Below are positions 47,452 through 57,149 of a DNA stretch of 64,000 nt, in pieces. Below the pieces are notes generated by a model. It was not told where the DNA came from and ran no database searches. It saw nothing but the letters and a program-made list of their open reading frames with translations. The stretch's first letter is position 1, and each line of letters begins with the position of its first letter. The position numbers and the translations under genes are program-made. Source of the DNA: Thermomicrobiales bacterium (GTDB lineage: Bacteria > Chloroflexota > Chloroflexia > Thermomicrobiales > UBA6265); the NCBI GenBank assembly GCA_045804965.1, contig JBJMMD010000047.1, positions 18,421-82,420 on the forward strand, written 5' to 3'.

Positions 47452-48720
47452 TTGAACGTGCGCGTGGTCCAGGTTGGACTTCTCACAACCTACATTCGCG
47501 AGCTTCTTGAGACCGACGACCTGTTGTCCGATCTTTGGGTTGAGGGAGAGGTTTCCGATGCCTTTCCTGCTCGTTCCGGCCATATCTATTTCACCTTAAA
47601 AGACTCAGACGCCGTTGTGAAGTGCGTGCTATTCAAAGGTCAAGCCGCACGACAGCTACACCTGCCTCGCCCAGGCGATCAAATCGCCGCGCATGGGTAT
47701 ATATCCGTCTACGATCGCGACGGCAGATATCAGCTTTACACCGATATTGTCCAGCCTGCCGGCATCGGCGCCCTCGCGCTCGAATTCGCGCTGCTTCGCC
47801 AGCGACTAGAGGCCGAAGGCCTGTTCGAAGCTTCGCGCAAACGCGAGATTCCCGTGCCGGCGGGGTATATCGGCGTAGTAACATCACCCGATGGAGCCGT
47901 ATGGCAGGATATTCGGCACGTCGTGGGTCGTCGGTATCCGTTGACCCAGTTAATCCTGTCGCCATGCGCCGTCCAAGGGGATCGCTCCCCCGAATCGATT
48001 GTTGCAGCCCTTGAAGCGTTGCAAGCCGATGGCCGCGTTGAAGTTATTATCGTTGCGCGGGGGGGAGGGTCAGCTGAGGACTTGGCGAGTTTCAATGATG
48101 AGCGTGTCGTTCGCGCGATCTTTGCCTGTCGTGTTCCAGTTGTCACTGGCGTTGGCCATGAAAGTGATTGGACGCTTTCTGACGAGGTCGCCGACCTTCG
48201 CGCCCCGACTCCTTCGGTGGCGGCCGAGATGTGCACGCCGTCGATGATCGACATTGCCGCCCGCTTGGAGGCATATGTCGATCGGCTCACGGTAACGGCG
48301 AACGAAATGATTGCGTTGCGCTCACTTTCTCTAGTTCATCGGGTTGGCGAGTTGAAACGCGACGCTCCGTTGAACGCGATTGCAACGTTTCGGCAAGTTA
48401 CCTCCGCACGCCGGCTCGCGCTCTCGCAGGTACGCCAACAGATGTTCGCGAATTCCGCGTCGAGCATTGCACTTCATGCGAGTCGACTCGGACAGCGGAA
48501 GAGCGCGATCCTTGCTGGGCACCAGTCGGCAGTACGCGTCCGGGAAGCAGAGCTGATTGCGCTCGATCCAAACGCCGTACTTGCCCGAGGCTACAGTATC
48601 GTTAGCCGAAATGGGGACGGGTGGCCAATCAACACGGTCACCGAGCTCGCACCTGGTGATCGACTACAGACGACGCTACAAAATGGCAGAATTGGCTCGA
48701 CCGTCACTTGGGTGCAGTGA
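47452..48720 (+). CDS. xseA: exodeoxyribonuclease VII large subunit
   Basis: N-terminal OB fold (LWVEGEVS...SGHIYFTLKD) and a catalytic core (IGVVTSPDGAVWQDI, IIVARGGGS.EDL). Confidence 0.9.
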   Translation: MNVRVVQVGLLTTYIRELLETDDLLSDLWVEGEVSDAFPARSGHIYFTLKDSDAVVKCVLFKGQAARQLHLPRPGDQIAAHGYISVYDRDGRYQLYTDIVQPAGIGALALEFALLRQRLEAEGLFEASRKREIPVPAGYIGVVTSPDGAVWQDIRHVVGRRYPLTQLILSPCAVQGDRSPESIVAALEALQADGRVEVIIVARGGGSAEDLASFNDERVVRAIFACRVPVVTGVGHESDWTLSDEVADLRAPTPSVAAEMCTPSMIDIAARLEAYVDRLTVTANEMIALRSLSLVHRVGELKRDAPLNAIATFRQVTSARRLALSQVRQQMFANSASSIALHASRLGQRKSAILAGHQSAVRVREAELIALDPNAVLARGYSIVSRNGDGWPINTVTELAPGDRLQTTLQNGRIGSTVTWVQ

Positions 48721-48721
48721 G

Positions 48722-49027
48722 ATGACCATCGGAGGCGCGACCAATTTGACCACGCTGGGAGAGGACGAGCGCAATGTGCGCTGGAGCGCTGCGCTTGAGC
48801 AAGGCACCTTCGAGGAAGTCTTTGACGCGCTCGGCGAAGCTGTTGAGTGCTTAGAATCAGGCAACTTGCCACTTGGAGATGCCATCCACTGCTATGAGTT
48901 GGGAGCGCGGCTCGCGGACAAGTGCAGTAGCATCCTCTCCGAAGCGGAATTGCGCGTTTCGCGCCTCGACGCGGAACTCCTCCGAACCGCAATCGCTCCG
49001 CCTTCGACAGAAGACGATTGGAATTGA
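48722..49027 (+). CDS. xseB: exodeoxyribonuclease VII small subunit
   Basis: FEEVFDALGEAVECLESGNLPLGDAIHCYELGARLADKCSSILSEAELRV matches the XseB helical hairpin. ATG lies 1 nt after the xseA stop. The track ORF from 48557 is the same frame running inside xseA. Confidence 0.75.
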   Translation: MTIGGATNLTTLGEDERNVRWSAALEQGTFEEVFDALGEAVECLESGNLPLGDAIHCYELGARLADKCSSILSEAELRVSRLDAELLRTAIAPPSTEDDWN

Positions 49028-50097
49028 ACAACTCGCTCGCGGAACCGTCCGATGAAGAGGAACGACGTGACGGCACGACGCTGCTTGGCGCCGGCAAATT
49101 ACCACCCCGATTGCTCAGGCGATTAATCGATCGTTATGTCGCCCTGGACGCTTCGGTCCTTGTCGGTCCCGGTGTCGGCCGTGACGCCGCGGCAATTGCA
49201 CTCGACGAAACGACGCTCGTCGTTAAAGCAGATCCAATCACCTTCGCGACTGAACGAGCGCCTTTCTATCTGGTGAACGTGAACGCGAATGATCTCGCCT
49301 GCCTCGGCGCGATGCCGCGATGGTTGACCGTTACCGCCCTTTTGCCAACCGGGAAAATTTCCGAGGAGTCCGTCGAAATGCAATTCCGCGAACTCGCGGA
49401 GGCATGCGATCAGTTTGGGGTCTCGCTGATTGGTGGTCACACAGAAGTGACCGGAGCGGTCAATCAACCGATTCTCGTTGGCCAGATGCTCGGTACGGTT
49501 GACCGAGATCGATTGTTAAAACCCGGTGGTTCTCGACCGGGCGATAAATTGCTCCTGACGAAAGCGCTCGCCATCGAGGGAACCGCGCTCTTGTCGCGCG
49601 AGTTAGCCGATGTACTGACGATCGCTCTCGGACCCGAACTCGTCGCGAAGGCGAAGAATCTCTTGAGAGATCCCGGAATATCGGTCCTTCGCGATGCCCA
49701 GTTGATGCTCTCGGTCGAAGGCGTGACGGCCCTCCACGATCCCACCGAAGGCGGGCTGGCGGTGGGAGTCAAGGAGCTCGTGGCGGCTTCGGGGTGCGGC
49801 GCTCAGATCTCCTTCGATCGCGTGCCGGTGCTGCCGGAAACGACGGCGATCGCGGCTTATCTTGGCATCGATCCAGCGGGGATGCTTGCCTCCGGAAGTC
49901 TGCTCGCTTCTGTAAGTCGGGAAGCGGCGCCCGCGGTCATCGACGCCTGCCAAGACGCAGGAATTGCGGTCACCCCGATTGGCATCGTCTGCGAACAGAC
50001 AGACGGTTTGACATGGTTCCGGGACGGCAAGGAAGGGCCAATTCAAACCTTTGAAACGGATGAGGTGGCGAGGGCGCTACTAAGTCGGTCGTCGTAG
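49018..50097 (+). CDS. AIR-synthase-related (PurM/HypE/ThiL-superfamily) ATP-dependent enzyme, substrate unknown
   Basis: GVGRDAAAIAL...LVVKADPITF...VNVNANDLACLGAMPRW and GGHTEVT are PurM-fold motifs. It lacks the HypE C-terminal PRIC cysteine and the ThiL N-terminal pattern. TTG start overlaps xseB by 10 nt. Confidence 0.68.
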   Translation: MELNNSLAEPSDEEERRDGTTLLGAGKLPPRLLRRLIDRYVALDASVLVGPGVGRDAAAIALDETTLVVKADPITFATERAPFYLVNVNANDLACLGAMPRWLTVTALLPTGKISEESVEMQFRELAEACDQFGVSLIGGHTEVTGAVNQPILVGQMLGTVDRDRLLKPGGSRPGDKLLLTKALAIEGTALLSRELADVLTIALGPELVAKAKNLLRDPGISVLRDAQLMLSVEGVTALHDPTEGGLAVGVKELVAASGCGAQISFDRVPVLPETTAIAAYLGIDPAGMLASGSLLASVSREAAPAVIDACQDAGIAVTPIGIVCEQTDGLTWFRDGKEGPIQTFETDEVARALLSRSS

Positions 50098-50143
50098 CAA
50101 TTCACGGATTTCCATGCTCAATAGGATGCGAAAGGAACGTTAG

Positions 50144-51088
50144 GTGCACGGACTCGTCGTTGCGAGCGCAAACGGCCGAGTAGGCATTGAAGAAGCGATT
50201 CGCGTTCTTCGCAGCGGTGGGAGTGCAGTCGACGCCGTAGAGGCGGGAATCACGCTCGTTGAGGCGAATCCCGACGATCACTCGGTGGGGTATTCCGGAT
50301 TGCCCAACCTCGTCGGTGAAGTTGAGCTGGATGCCAGCATCATGGACGGGCGCGGTTTGCGCGCAGGCTCGGTCGGTGCACTTCATGGCTATCAAGACGC
50401 GATTGCGCTCGCGCGAAGCGTCATGGAAAAGTTGCCCCACGTGCTCGTCGTCGGTGCTGGCGCCGAGCGATTTGCACGCGATTCGGGGCTCTCAGCAGTT
50501 GATTTGCTCACGTCTAAAGCGGAAGAGGTCTGGCGTTCGAGATTCAACGGCAACGATCCGGCGATCGGAAGCGCACATGAGACGTACTACGCGAAGATTC
50601 ACGAACTCGTGCACGTAATCACGGCCGATCCCGAACAGCCCGAAGACCATCACGGCACGGTCAATTTCATCGCACGAGATCACGATGGCAACATCGCCTG
50701 CGGAGTCAGTACATCGGGCTGGGCTTGGAAATATCCTGGCCGTCTCGGCGATTCGCCGATCATCGGCGCGGGAAACTACGCCGACAACCGCTGGGGCGCC
50801 GCCGCATGCACGGGTAGGGGCGAGATGGCGCAGCGCTGCTGCACAGCTCACAGCATTGTGACCTTCATGCGTTTCGGAATGGAGCTAGCGCAGGCATTGA
50901 AAACGGCGATGATCGATTTACGCTCGCTCGACGACCCATACTCTAGCGACATGAACATCGTTGCGATCGACCGCGAAGGCAATCACTGCGGCGCTTCAAC
51001 CTCACTGGATAAGACCTATATTTTCATGACTGAAACTATGTCGACCTACGAGGAGGATGTACGCATTCACGTTCCCCGCGAAGACTAG
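50144..51088 (+). CDS. Ntn-hydrolase of the asparaginase-2 family (glycosylasparaginase / isoaspartyl peptidase)
   Basis: HHGTVNFIARDHDGNIACGVSTSGWAWKYPGRLGDSPIIGAGNYAD...AACTGRGE, with an autoprocessing Thr context (G|TV). Confidence 0.8.
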   Translation: MHGLVVASANGRVGIEEAIRVLRSGGSAVDAVEAGITLVEANPDDHSVGYSGLPNLVGEVELDASIMDGRGLRAGSVGALHGYQDAIALARSVMEKLPHVLVVGAGAERFARDSGLSAVDLLTSKAEEVWRSRFNGNDPAIGSAHETYYAKIHELVHVITADPEQPEDHHGTVNFIARDHDGNIACGVSTSGWAWKYPGRLGDSPIIGAGNYADNRWGAAACTGRGEMAQRCCTAHSIVTFMRFGMELAQALKTAMIDLRSLDDPYSSDMNIVAIDREGNHCGASTSLDKTYIFMTETMSTYEEDVRIHVPRED

Positions 51089-51106
51089 CCCTTTTCTCGA
51101 AAGGAA

Positions 51107-51132
51107 GCGCCTTGGCCGCACGGCCAGGGCGC
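51107..51132. terminator. hairpin between the convergent asparaginase-family gene and rho
   Basis: GCGCCTTGGCC-gcac-GGCCAGGGCGC, an 11-bp stem with one G-U pair. It lies 19 nt after the stop at 51088 and 29 nt after the rho stop. Confidence 0.5.
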
Positions 51133-51160
51133 CCTCATCTTGGCGCTCGTTGAAGGTGAA

Positions 51161-52873
51161 CTACACGTCCCTATTGAGGGTCAGCAGGAACTCGTCGTTG
51201 GTCTGCGTCTTGGAGAGGCGGCTCAATAGGAGTTCGGTTCCTTCGGTACCGCCGAGCATCGAGACCATGCGCCGCATCGTCCAAACCTGGCGGAGCGTGT
51301 TTTCGTCGAGCAGAAGTTCTTCCCGACGAGTGCCCGATCGCTGAATGTCGATCGAGGGGTAAATTCTGCGCTCGGCCAACTTGCGATCGAGGTGCAGTTC
51401 CATGTTGCCCGTGCCCTTGAACTCCTCGTAAATCACGTCGTCCATGCGGCTGCCGGTATCGACGAGACAAGTTGCGACGATTGTCAGGCTGCCTCCACCT
51501 TCGATGTTACGCGCGGCGCCGAAGAACCGCTTCGGCGGATAGAGAGCCACAGGATCGATACCGCCCGAGAGCGTGCGACCACTGGGTGGGACTGCAAGGT
51601 TGTACGCACGAGCAAGCCGCGTAATCGAGTCAAGCAGAATCGTGACGTCGCGGCCACCTTCGACGAGTCGTTTTGCCCGTTCCAGAGCCATTTCCGCAAC
51701 TTTGGTGTGGTCCTCGACTGGCTCGTCGAAGGTCGAGGAGATGACCTCGCCTTCAACCGACCGCCGCATGTCCGTGACCTCTTCCGGGCGCTCGCCGATT
51801 AGGCAAACCATCAAATGCATATCGGGACAGTTGCTCGTAATTCCGTTGGCGATCGACTTGAGCAGAATGGTCTTGCCGGCCTTTGGCGGAGACACGATCA
51901 GACCGCGCTGCCCGCGGCCAATTGGCGCGACCAGGTTGAGAAGTCGAGTGGATAGGATGTTCGGTAAGGTTTCGAGATTGATCAGTTCGAGCGGGAAGAT
52001 TGGCGTCAGTGTGTCAAACGACGGTCTGCGTCGCGCAGTTTCAGGATCGACGCCGTTGACCGCCTCGACCCGAAGCAAGCTGAAGAACTTTTCGTTGTCT
52101 TTTGGCGGCCGGACCTGACCGGAAATGCGATCGCCCGTACGGAGCCCAAACCGTCGAATTTGCGATTGCGAGACGTAAATATCGTCTGGTCCGTGTAGGA
52201 AACGAGGACCGCGCAGGAATCCGAATCCGTCCTCAATTATTTCGAGGACACCATCGCCAAAAACATTGCCTTCTTGCTCGGTCTGAACTTGAAGAAGCTT
52301 GCTGATCAAGTCAGTCCGCTTCATGCGGCTGTGGCCCTGAATTTCCATCGATCGGGCGAGCTCATACAGTTCCTCGATCGATTTGTTTTCGAGCTCGGCG
52401 ACGTTCAAATGTGGTTGATTCCCATTTCGAGATGGTGCTGGAACGGGAGCCGATGGCTGAGGCCTGACGGCTTGGTGTGCCCGCTGATCGTGGCGATCCC
52501 GACCATTATGTCCACCGTAATCGCTTTCCCCGCGCGCTCTGCCCGGCCGATTGTCTCGCCCGGGTCGATCACGCCGGTGCCGGTCGCCGCCGGGGCGCGG
52601 CTGCGGGGGCACGGCGAGCCTAGGCTCGTCCACCTGGTCAACTGCTCCATCTGCCGGCCCGGGAGCAACTTCGGCGGTGGCAGAAGCAGGTGAAGGTTCG
52701 AGCGAGGCTGGAGTCGACTCGCTCGGTGCGGGCGGGAGCGCTTCGGTAATAGGTTCGGCAACGGCGACCGCCTGTTCCGGTTTCGGGGCGCGCCGGTTTC
52801 GCGATGTTCGGGTCCTTGACGCCGGTTTTTCCGTAGCTTCCGGCGTTACGACGACCTCTTCTTCGGCTGACAA
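51161..52873 (-). CDS. rho: transcription termination factor Rho with a roughly 155-aa N-terminal low-complexity extension
   Basis: Rho_N ([23 protein letters not shown]), OB/RNP motif (GFGFLRG...[16 protein letters not shown]), Walker A (SPPKAGKT) and Q/R loops. TTG 52873 has GGAGG 8 nt upstream. The internal TTG at 52408 is the alternative, canonical-length start. Confidence 0.93.
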   Translation of the reverse strand: MSAEEEVVVTPEATEKPASRTRTSRNRRAPKPEQAVAVAEPITEALPPAPSESTPASLEPSPASATAEVAPGPADGAVDQVDEPRLAVPPQPRPGGDRHRRDRPGRDNRPGRARGESDYGGHNGRDRHDQRAHQAVRPQPSAPVPAPSRNGNQPHLNVAELENKSIEELYELARSMEIQGHSRMKRTDLISKLLQVQTEQEGNVFGDGVLEIIEDGFGFLRGPRFLHGPDDIYVSQSQIRRFGLRTGDRISGQVRPPKDNEKFFSLLRVEAVNGVDPETARRRPSFDTLTPIFPLELINLETLPNILSTRLLNLVAPIGRGQRGLIVSPPKAGKTILLKSIANGITSNCPDMHLMVCLIGERPEEVTDMRRSVEGEVISSTFDEPVEDHTKVAEMALERAKRLVEGGRDVTILLDSITRLARAYNLAVPPSGRTLSGGIDPVALYPPKRFFGAARNIEGGGSLTIVATCLVDTGSRMDDVIYEEFKGTGNMELHLDRKLAERRIYPSIDIQRSGTRREELLLDENTLRQVWTMRRMVSMLGGTEGTELLLSRLSKTQTNDEFLLTLNRDV

Positions 52874-53162
52874 ATTAGATACCTCCAGAAATGGTGAGCA
52901 TGTTCAGCTCGGCTTTGGCTTGCTGCAATCTGGCCAATCGGTGTCGCCTGCTGCTCCGTAAGGCAATTTCATGGGTTAGTCAGTGAATTGCATCATTTGG
53001 CTCAACGCCCTAGTTGATTGAGGGCGGGTCACGCTTCACGCGCGGAGCGCGCGGCGTTAGAGTGAATGGGGCGCATGATTAGCGGCCGGATTGCGCCAGA
53101 AGGACGAACTGGAAAAGCTGCGTGTGTGCAGGGGTTGCTCGCGCTCACCTGTGCGCGTACGC

Positions 53163-53191
53163 ATGATAACATCGTGCGATTCTCTCGTCAA
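53163..53191 (-). promoter_or_regulatory. putative rho promoter (extended -10)
   Basis: Reverse strand reads TTGACG (53191-53186), a 17-nt spacer, then TATCAT (53168-53163) preceded by TGT. It lies immediately downstream of the glpX stop and would give a leader of about 285 nt. Confidence 0.45.
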
Positions 53192-53207
53192 TCAAGTCTG
53201 CGGTCAT

Positions 53208-54194
53208 TTAATCAAAGGGAAACGAAGCATACTGACGCAATTTGCTCAGACTGTGGGTGGCACTGATCCGGCGCACGGTGCCCGACCGCGAACGCATAAC
53301 GAGCGACTCGGTCGTAGCTCCGCCGCCGAAGTAATGCACTCCCCGCAAGAGTTCGCCGTCGGTGATACCGGTTGCAGAGAAGAAAACGTTATTACCCTTA
53401 ACCAGATCGTGACAATCAAGCACTCGCTCAAGGTCGATCTTTTGTTCGGCTGCGATTCGCAGCTCATCCTCATTTCGAGGCCAGAGCTTGCATTGAATAT
53501 CACCGCCGATGCATTTCAGCGCGCAAGCGGCGATCACCGCTTCCGGCGCCCCGCCGATGCCCATCAAAACATCAATACCGGTTCCCGGCATCGCCGCCAT
53601 AACTGCGCCGGCCACGTCGCCGTCGGTGATCATCTTGATCCGCGCGCCTGTTCCTCGGACTTCTTTGATCAGTTTCTCGTGCCTAGGACGATCGAGAATA
53701 ACGACAGTGAGGTCCTGCACATCTCGTTGTTTCGCCTTCGCAACGCGCTTGAGATTGCTTCCTACAGTGTCGTTGATCTCGATCGCGCCTGCGGCCTCTG
53801 GTCCGACGGCGATCTTTTCCATATACATGATCTCGGGCGAAGAAAAAAGGGCGCCCCTTTCTGCCATAGCAACAACTGAAATGGCATTCGGCATCCCCAG
53901 TGCGAGAAGTCGCGTGCCGTCAATCGGATCGACCGCGATATCGACTTTCGGTTCGTCCGCACATCCGACTTGTTCTCCGACGTAGAGCATCGGCGCTTCG
54001 TCCTTCGCGCCCTCACCGATCACGACCGCGCCGTCCATGGCGATGCTGCCCAAAACGAGACGCATGGCGTCAACCGCGGCCTGGTCCGCAGTTTCCTTTT
54101 CGCCACGGCCCATCCATCGCGCGGCGAGCATTGCCGCCGCTTCAGTCACGCGGGCGAGCTCGAGCGCCAGGTTTCGGTCGATCGCTTCGGTCAC
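53208..54194 (-). CDS. glpX: class II fructose-1,6-bisphosphatase (GlpX type)
   Basis: LALELARVTEAAAMLAARWMGRGEK..ADQAAVDAMR, DPIDGT and GGAPEAV motifs. GTG start. Confidence 0.9.
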   Translation of the reverse strand: MTEAIDRNLALELARVTEAAAMLAARWMGRGEKETADQAAVDAMRLVLGSIAMDGAVVIGEGAKDEAPMLYVGEQVGCADEPKVDIAVDPIDGTRLLALGMPNAISVVAMAERGALFSSPEIMYMEKIAVGPEAAGAIEINDTVGSNLKRVAKAKQRDVQDLTVVILDRPRHEKLIKEVRGTGARIKMITDGDVAGAVMAAMPGTGIDVLMGIGGAPEAVIAACALKCIGGDIQCKLWPRNEDELRIAAEQKIDLERVLDCHDLVKGNNVFFSATGITDGELLRGVHYFGGGATTESLVMRSRSGTVRRISATHSLSKLRQYASFPFD

Positions 54195-54236
54195 GGCGTT
54201 GCTCCTTTCAACAAGTGGACGTGGGCGAGGACGACG

Positions 54237-57095
54237 TCAATGCATCGCCTCGTGAAGCCAACTGAGCGACTCGTTCGGAAGATCATCGACGCTTCCGACG
54301 GAGACCGTGCACGCAGGCAACGATTGGACAAACGAAGCGCCGTATCGCTTGGAGACGATTCGGCGGTCTAAGACCACGCAGATTCCGCGGTCTTTGCTGC
54401 TGCGAATCAATCGCCCAAATCCTTGTTTGAACTTCAGCACGGCTTGCGGAACCGCGTATTGCAAGAACGGCTCTTCGAAAAGCTCGCTTCGGGCTGCGAA
54501 AACCGGGTCGCTGGGCACGGAAAATGGCAACTTCGTGATCACGATCGCGCTGAGCGCAGGTCCAACGACGTCGACACCTTCCCAAAATGTGGCTGTCCCA
54601 AAGACGACAACGTTTGGATCGGCCTTCAAGCGATCGATCAGTTGGCGGGCACTGCCGTCGATTCGCTGCGCGAGCACGAGCACGCCCCGCTCTCCAAGCT
54701 GTCCGCGCGTTGCCCGGTATGCCGATTGCAGCGCCACATGCGACGTGAAAAGCACTAGCGTGCGGCCGCCCATTGCCGTGCAGAACTCGATCAGCGCTTC
54801 ATGTAGTCGTTGTTGATACCCAGAGGCCGAGGGTTCCGGCATATCATTCGCAAGGTAAAGCAACGTCGAGCGCTGGTAATCGAACGGTGACGAGACTGCC
54901 AGCTCTCGTGTCGGATGAATGCCGAGGCGTTCTCGCAAGTAGTCGAAGGACCCGTCCGTCGTCAATGTCGCGGAGGTCAGAACAGCGGTCTCCAGCGGTT
55001 CGAAGAGCGATTGCTGCAACATCTCGCCCACGTGAAGCGGGGCCGCATTGATCGATATACGACCAAGCATTGGACTCTTGGAAATCCAGTAGACCGCGGC
55101 GTCTGACGGGGCGTTTAGGCTCTCGTGGAGTTTCGCCCGCAGATCACCGCTCGATCGCAAGAGCGCACTGAGCTCGATCGCGATGTCTTCGCCTTCGTCC
55201 TCAGCCAACTCCTCGCCTGTCTTCGGCGGTTTCGTCCGCTCGACGTTTTCCAGGTAGTAACGGACGTTATCTTCGACCGCTCTCAGTTGCTGGTCGACTC
55301 GCTCCCAGCCGATTTCGACCGACATCCAATCGCCTGATCTGCGGGTACTGGGTGTGATTCGCATCGAGCGTTCGTATCCGCTACGGTCGTTGCTCATTGA
55401 TTCGATCAGTTCCCCAAGGCGAACAAACAGGTCCGCCGCGTCGAGCTTGGCCGAGGATTGGTGATTGGCCGCTCCTTGGAGCTTGCTTATCGCTTCCGCG
55501 GCGCGGATCTTACTTGCCTCGTCGTTTGTCGATCGGGATAAAAATCCGGTTGCCGCGGCCAGAACTCCGCTGATGCTGGTCCCGTCGTGCCGAAGGACGC
55601 CGTCCAGGTAGTCATTGATGAGCATCTCATTGACGGTGAACCCAAATTGGGCGGTCGCTTGATCTTCTAAATGGTGCGCTTCGTCGACGACGAGATGGTG
55701 GTAATCGGGAAGCACGCGGCTCCCTTCTTCCGAGTCCGAGAGCAACAGCGCATGGTTGACGATGACGATGTGCGCGTTCTCAGCCTGGCGTCTGGCCCGG
55801 AAGAGAAAGCATTGATTGCGCTGCTGATAGACACATTTTGCCGCGGAGCACGCCTCGCCATCCGCCGATATCCCGCGGAAGAGGTTTTCTTCCTCAGGAG
55901 TCATTCGCAATTCAGCGCGATCGCCCGTCTCGGTTTGCGTCAGCCAGAGCGTCGCCCGAGAACGCAGCTTCGCATCGTCTTGGCCGGCGATTGGCTGGCG
56001 ATGGTGGGCGAACCAGCGTCTCAAGCAGAGATAGTTTGCCCGACCTTTGAGCACGGACGTCCGGACCGGACCGTCGCCATTGGCGCCATCAAGGACTTCT
56101 TGGAGATCAGGAATGTCCTTCTTCTGTAATTGGTCCTGGAGCGCCAGCGTATTCGTCGAAACGACGACGCGTTCGCCACGCTCAACCGAATGCATCATCG
56201 CCGGCAAAAGATACGCGACGCTTTTGCCAGTGCCGGTACCGGCCTCGACGAGGAGTGTTCCACCTTCGTTCATGACGTTGGCGACAGCGTTCGCCATCTG
56301 TTGCTGCGGGGCGCGAAACTCATAGCCGGGCACGACGTGACTGAGCGGGCCGGACTCACGTAGGGTCTCGGCAATCACTGCTTTCGCTACACGGCCATCG
56401 GACCCGGTCGAACGCAATGGTTCGGGCTTTTCGCGGCTGGAGAGAAAGCTCAGTTCGTGCGCCGCGCGGAAATCGACGTCATGTTTTCGCTCAAACAGTG
56501 GGCCGGGATCAATGCGAGCCGCCTGCTCGAAGAATTCTGCGAAGGGCAGACCGGCTGCTCGGCTGAGGCCGGCGATTTGCTCGAGCGTGCCACGGTCGAA
56601 CTGATCGATGCGTTCGAGGAGACCCCGGAAAACGGCAACCGTGAGTTCAGCATCGCGAGCAGCGCGGTGGTCTACGGCGACATCGATCCTAAGTTCTTGT
56701 GCGATTGCGTGTAACGAGTAGTTTGGTAGGTCTGGCAAGAGAAACGTTGCCAATTCGAAGGTGTCGATCAACGGGCTGGAGATCCTCACTCCAGCGGCGT
56801 CTAGCATCGCCAAGTCCATCTCGATCGACTGACCGACGATTGCACGACCGGCAACTAGTCGGCGAATCCTCGATGCCGCCTCGTCCATTGTCGGCGCGCC
56901 CTTGACTTCGGCAGGAGTGATGCCGGTCAAGCGTTGAATGTCGAGCGGCAGCGCCGCGCGAGGCCGTATCAGCGTCTCGAAGCGTTCGATTTCGCTTGTA
57001 CGCGTGAAAACGATGACGGCAATTTCGATGATTTCATGTCGCGCCGGATCCATGCCGGTCGCTTCGAGGTCGAGAGCGGCAAATTGTTCAATCAC
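54237..57095 (-). CDS. dinG: DnaQ-like 3'-5' exonuclease fused to a DinG-family ATP-dependent helicase
   Basis: N-terminal ALDLEATGMDPARHEIIEIA (DEDD Exo I), helicase GTGTGKS and DEAHHL (DEAH box), and a C-terminal motif VI region. GTG start. Confidence 0.9.
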   Translation of the reverse strand: MIEQFAALDLEATGMDPARHEIIEIAVIVFTRTSEIERFETLIRPRAALPLDIQRLTGITPAEVKGAPTMDEAASRIRRLVAGRAIVGQSIEMDLAMLDAAGVRISSPLIDTFELATFLLPDLPNYSLHAIAQELRIDVAVDHRAARDAELTVAVFRGLLERIDQFDRGTLEQIAGLSRAAGLPFAEFFEQAARIDPGPLFERKHDVDFRAAHELSFLSSREKPEPLRSTGSDGRVAKAVIAETLRESGPLSHVVPGYEFRAPQQQMANAVANVMNEGGTLLVEAGTGTGKSVAYLLPAMMHSVERGERVVVSTNTLALQDQLQKKDIPDLQEVLDGANGDGPVRTSVLKGRANYLCLRRWFAHHRQPIAGQDDAKLRSRATLWLTQTETGDRAELRMTPEEENLFRGISADGEACSAAKCVYQQRNQCFLFRARRQAENAHIVIVNHALLLSDSEEGSRVLPDYHHLVVDEAHHLEDQATAQFGFTVNEMLINDYLDGVLRHDGTSISGVLAAATGFLSRSTNDEASKIRAAEAISKLQGAANHQSSAKLDAADLFVRLGELIESMSNDRSGYERSMRITPSTRRSGDWMSVEIGWERVDQQLRAVEDNVRYYLENVERTKPPKTGEELAEDEGEDIAIELSALLRSSGDLRAKLHESLNAPSDAAVYWISKSPMLGRISINAAPLHVGEMLQQSLFEPLETAVLTSATLTTDGSFDYLRERLGIHPTRELAVSSPFDYQRSTLLYLANDMPEPSASGYQQRLHEALIEFCTAMGGRTLVLFTSHVALQSAYRATRGQLGERGVLVLAQRIDGSARQLIDRLKADPNVVVFGTATFWEGVDVVGPALSAIVITKLPFSVPSDPVFAARSELFEEPFLQYAVPQAVLKFKQGFGRLIRSSKDRGICVVLDRRIVSKRYGASFVQSLPACTVSVGSVDDLPNESLSWLHEAMH

Positions 57096-57149
57096 GTAAT
57101 GTCTATGTCCGTAATTCTAGGCCGAACGGCTGTTAATGCTATTCAGAAC

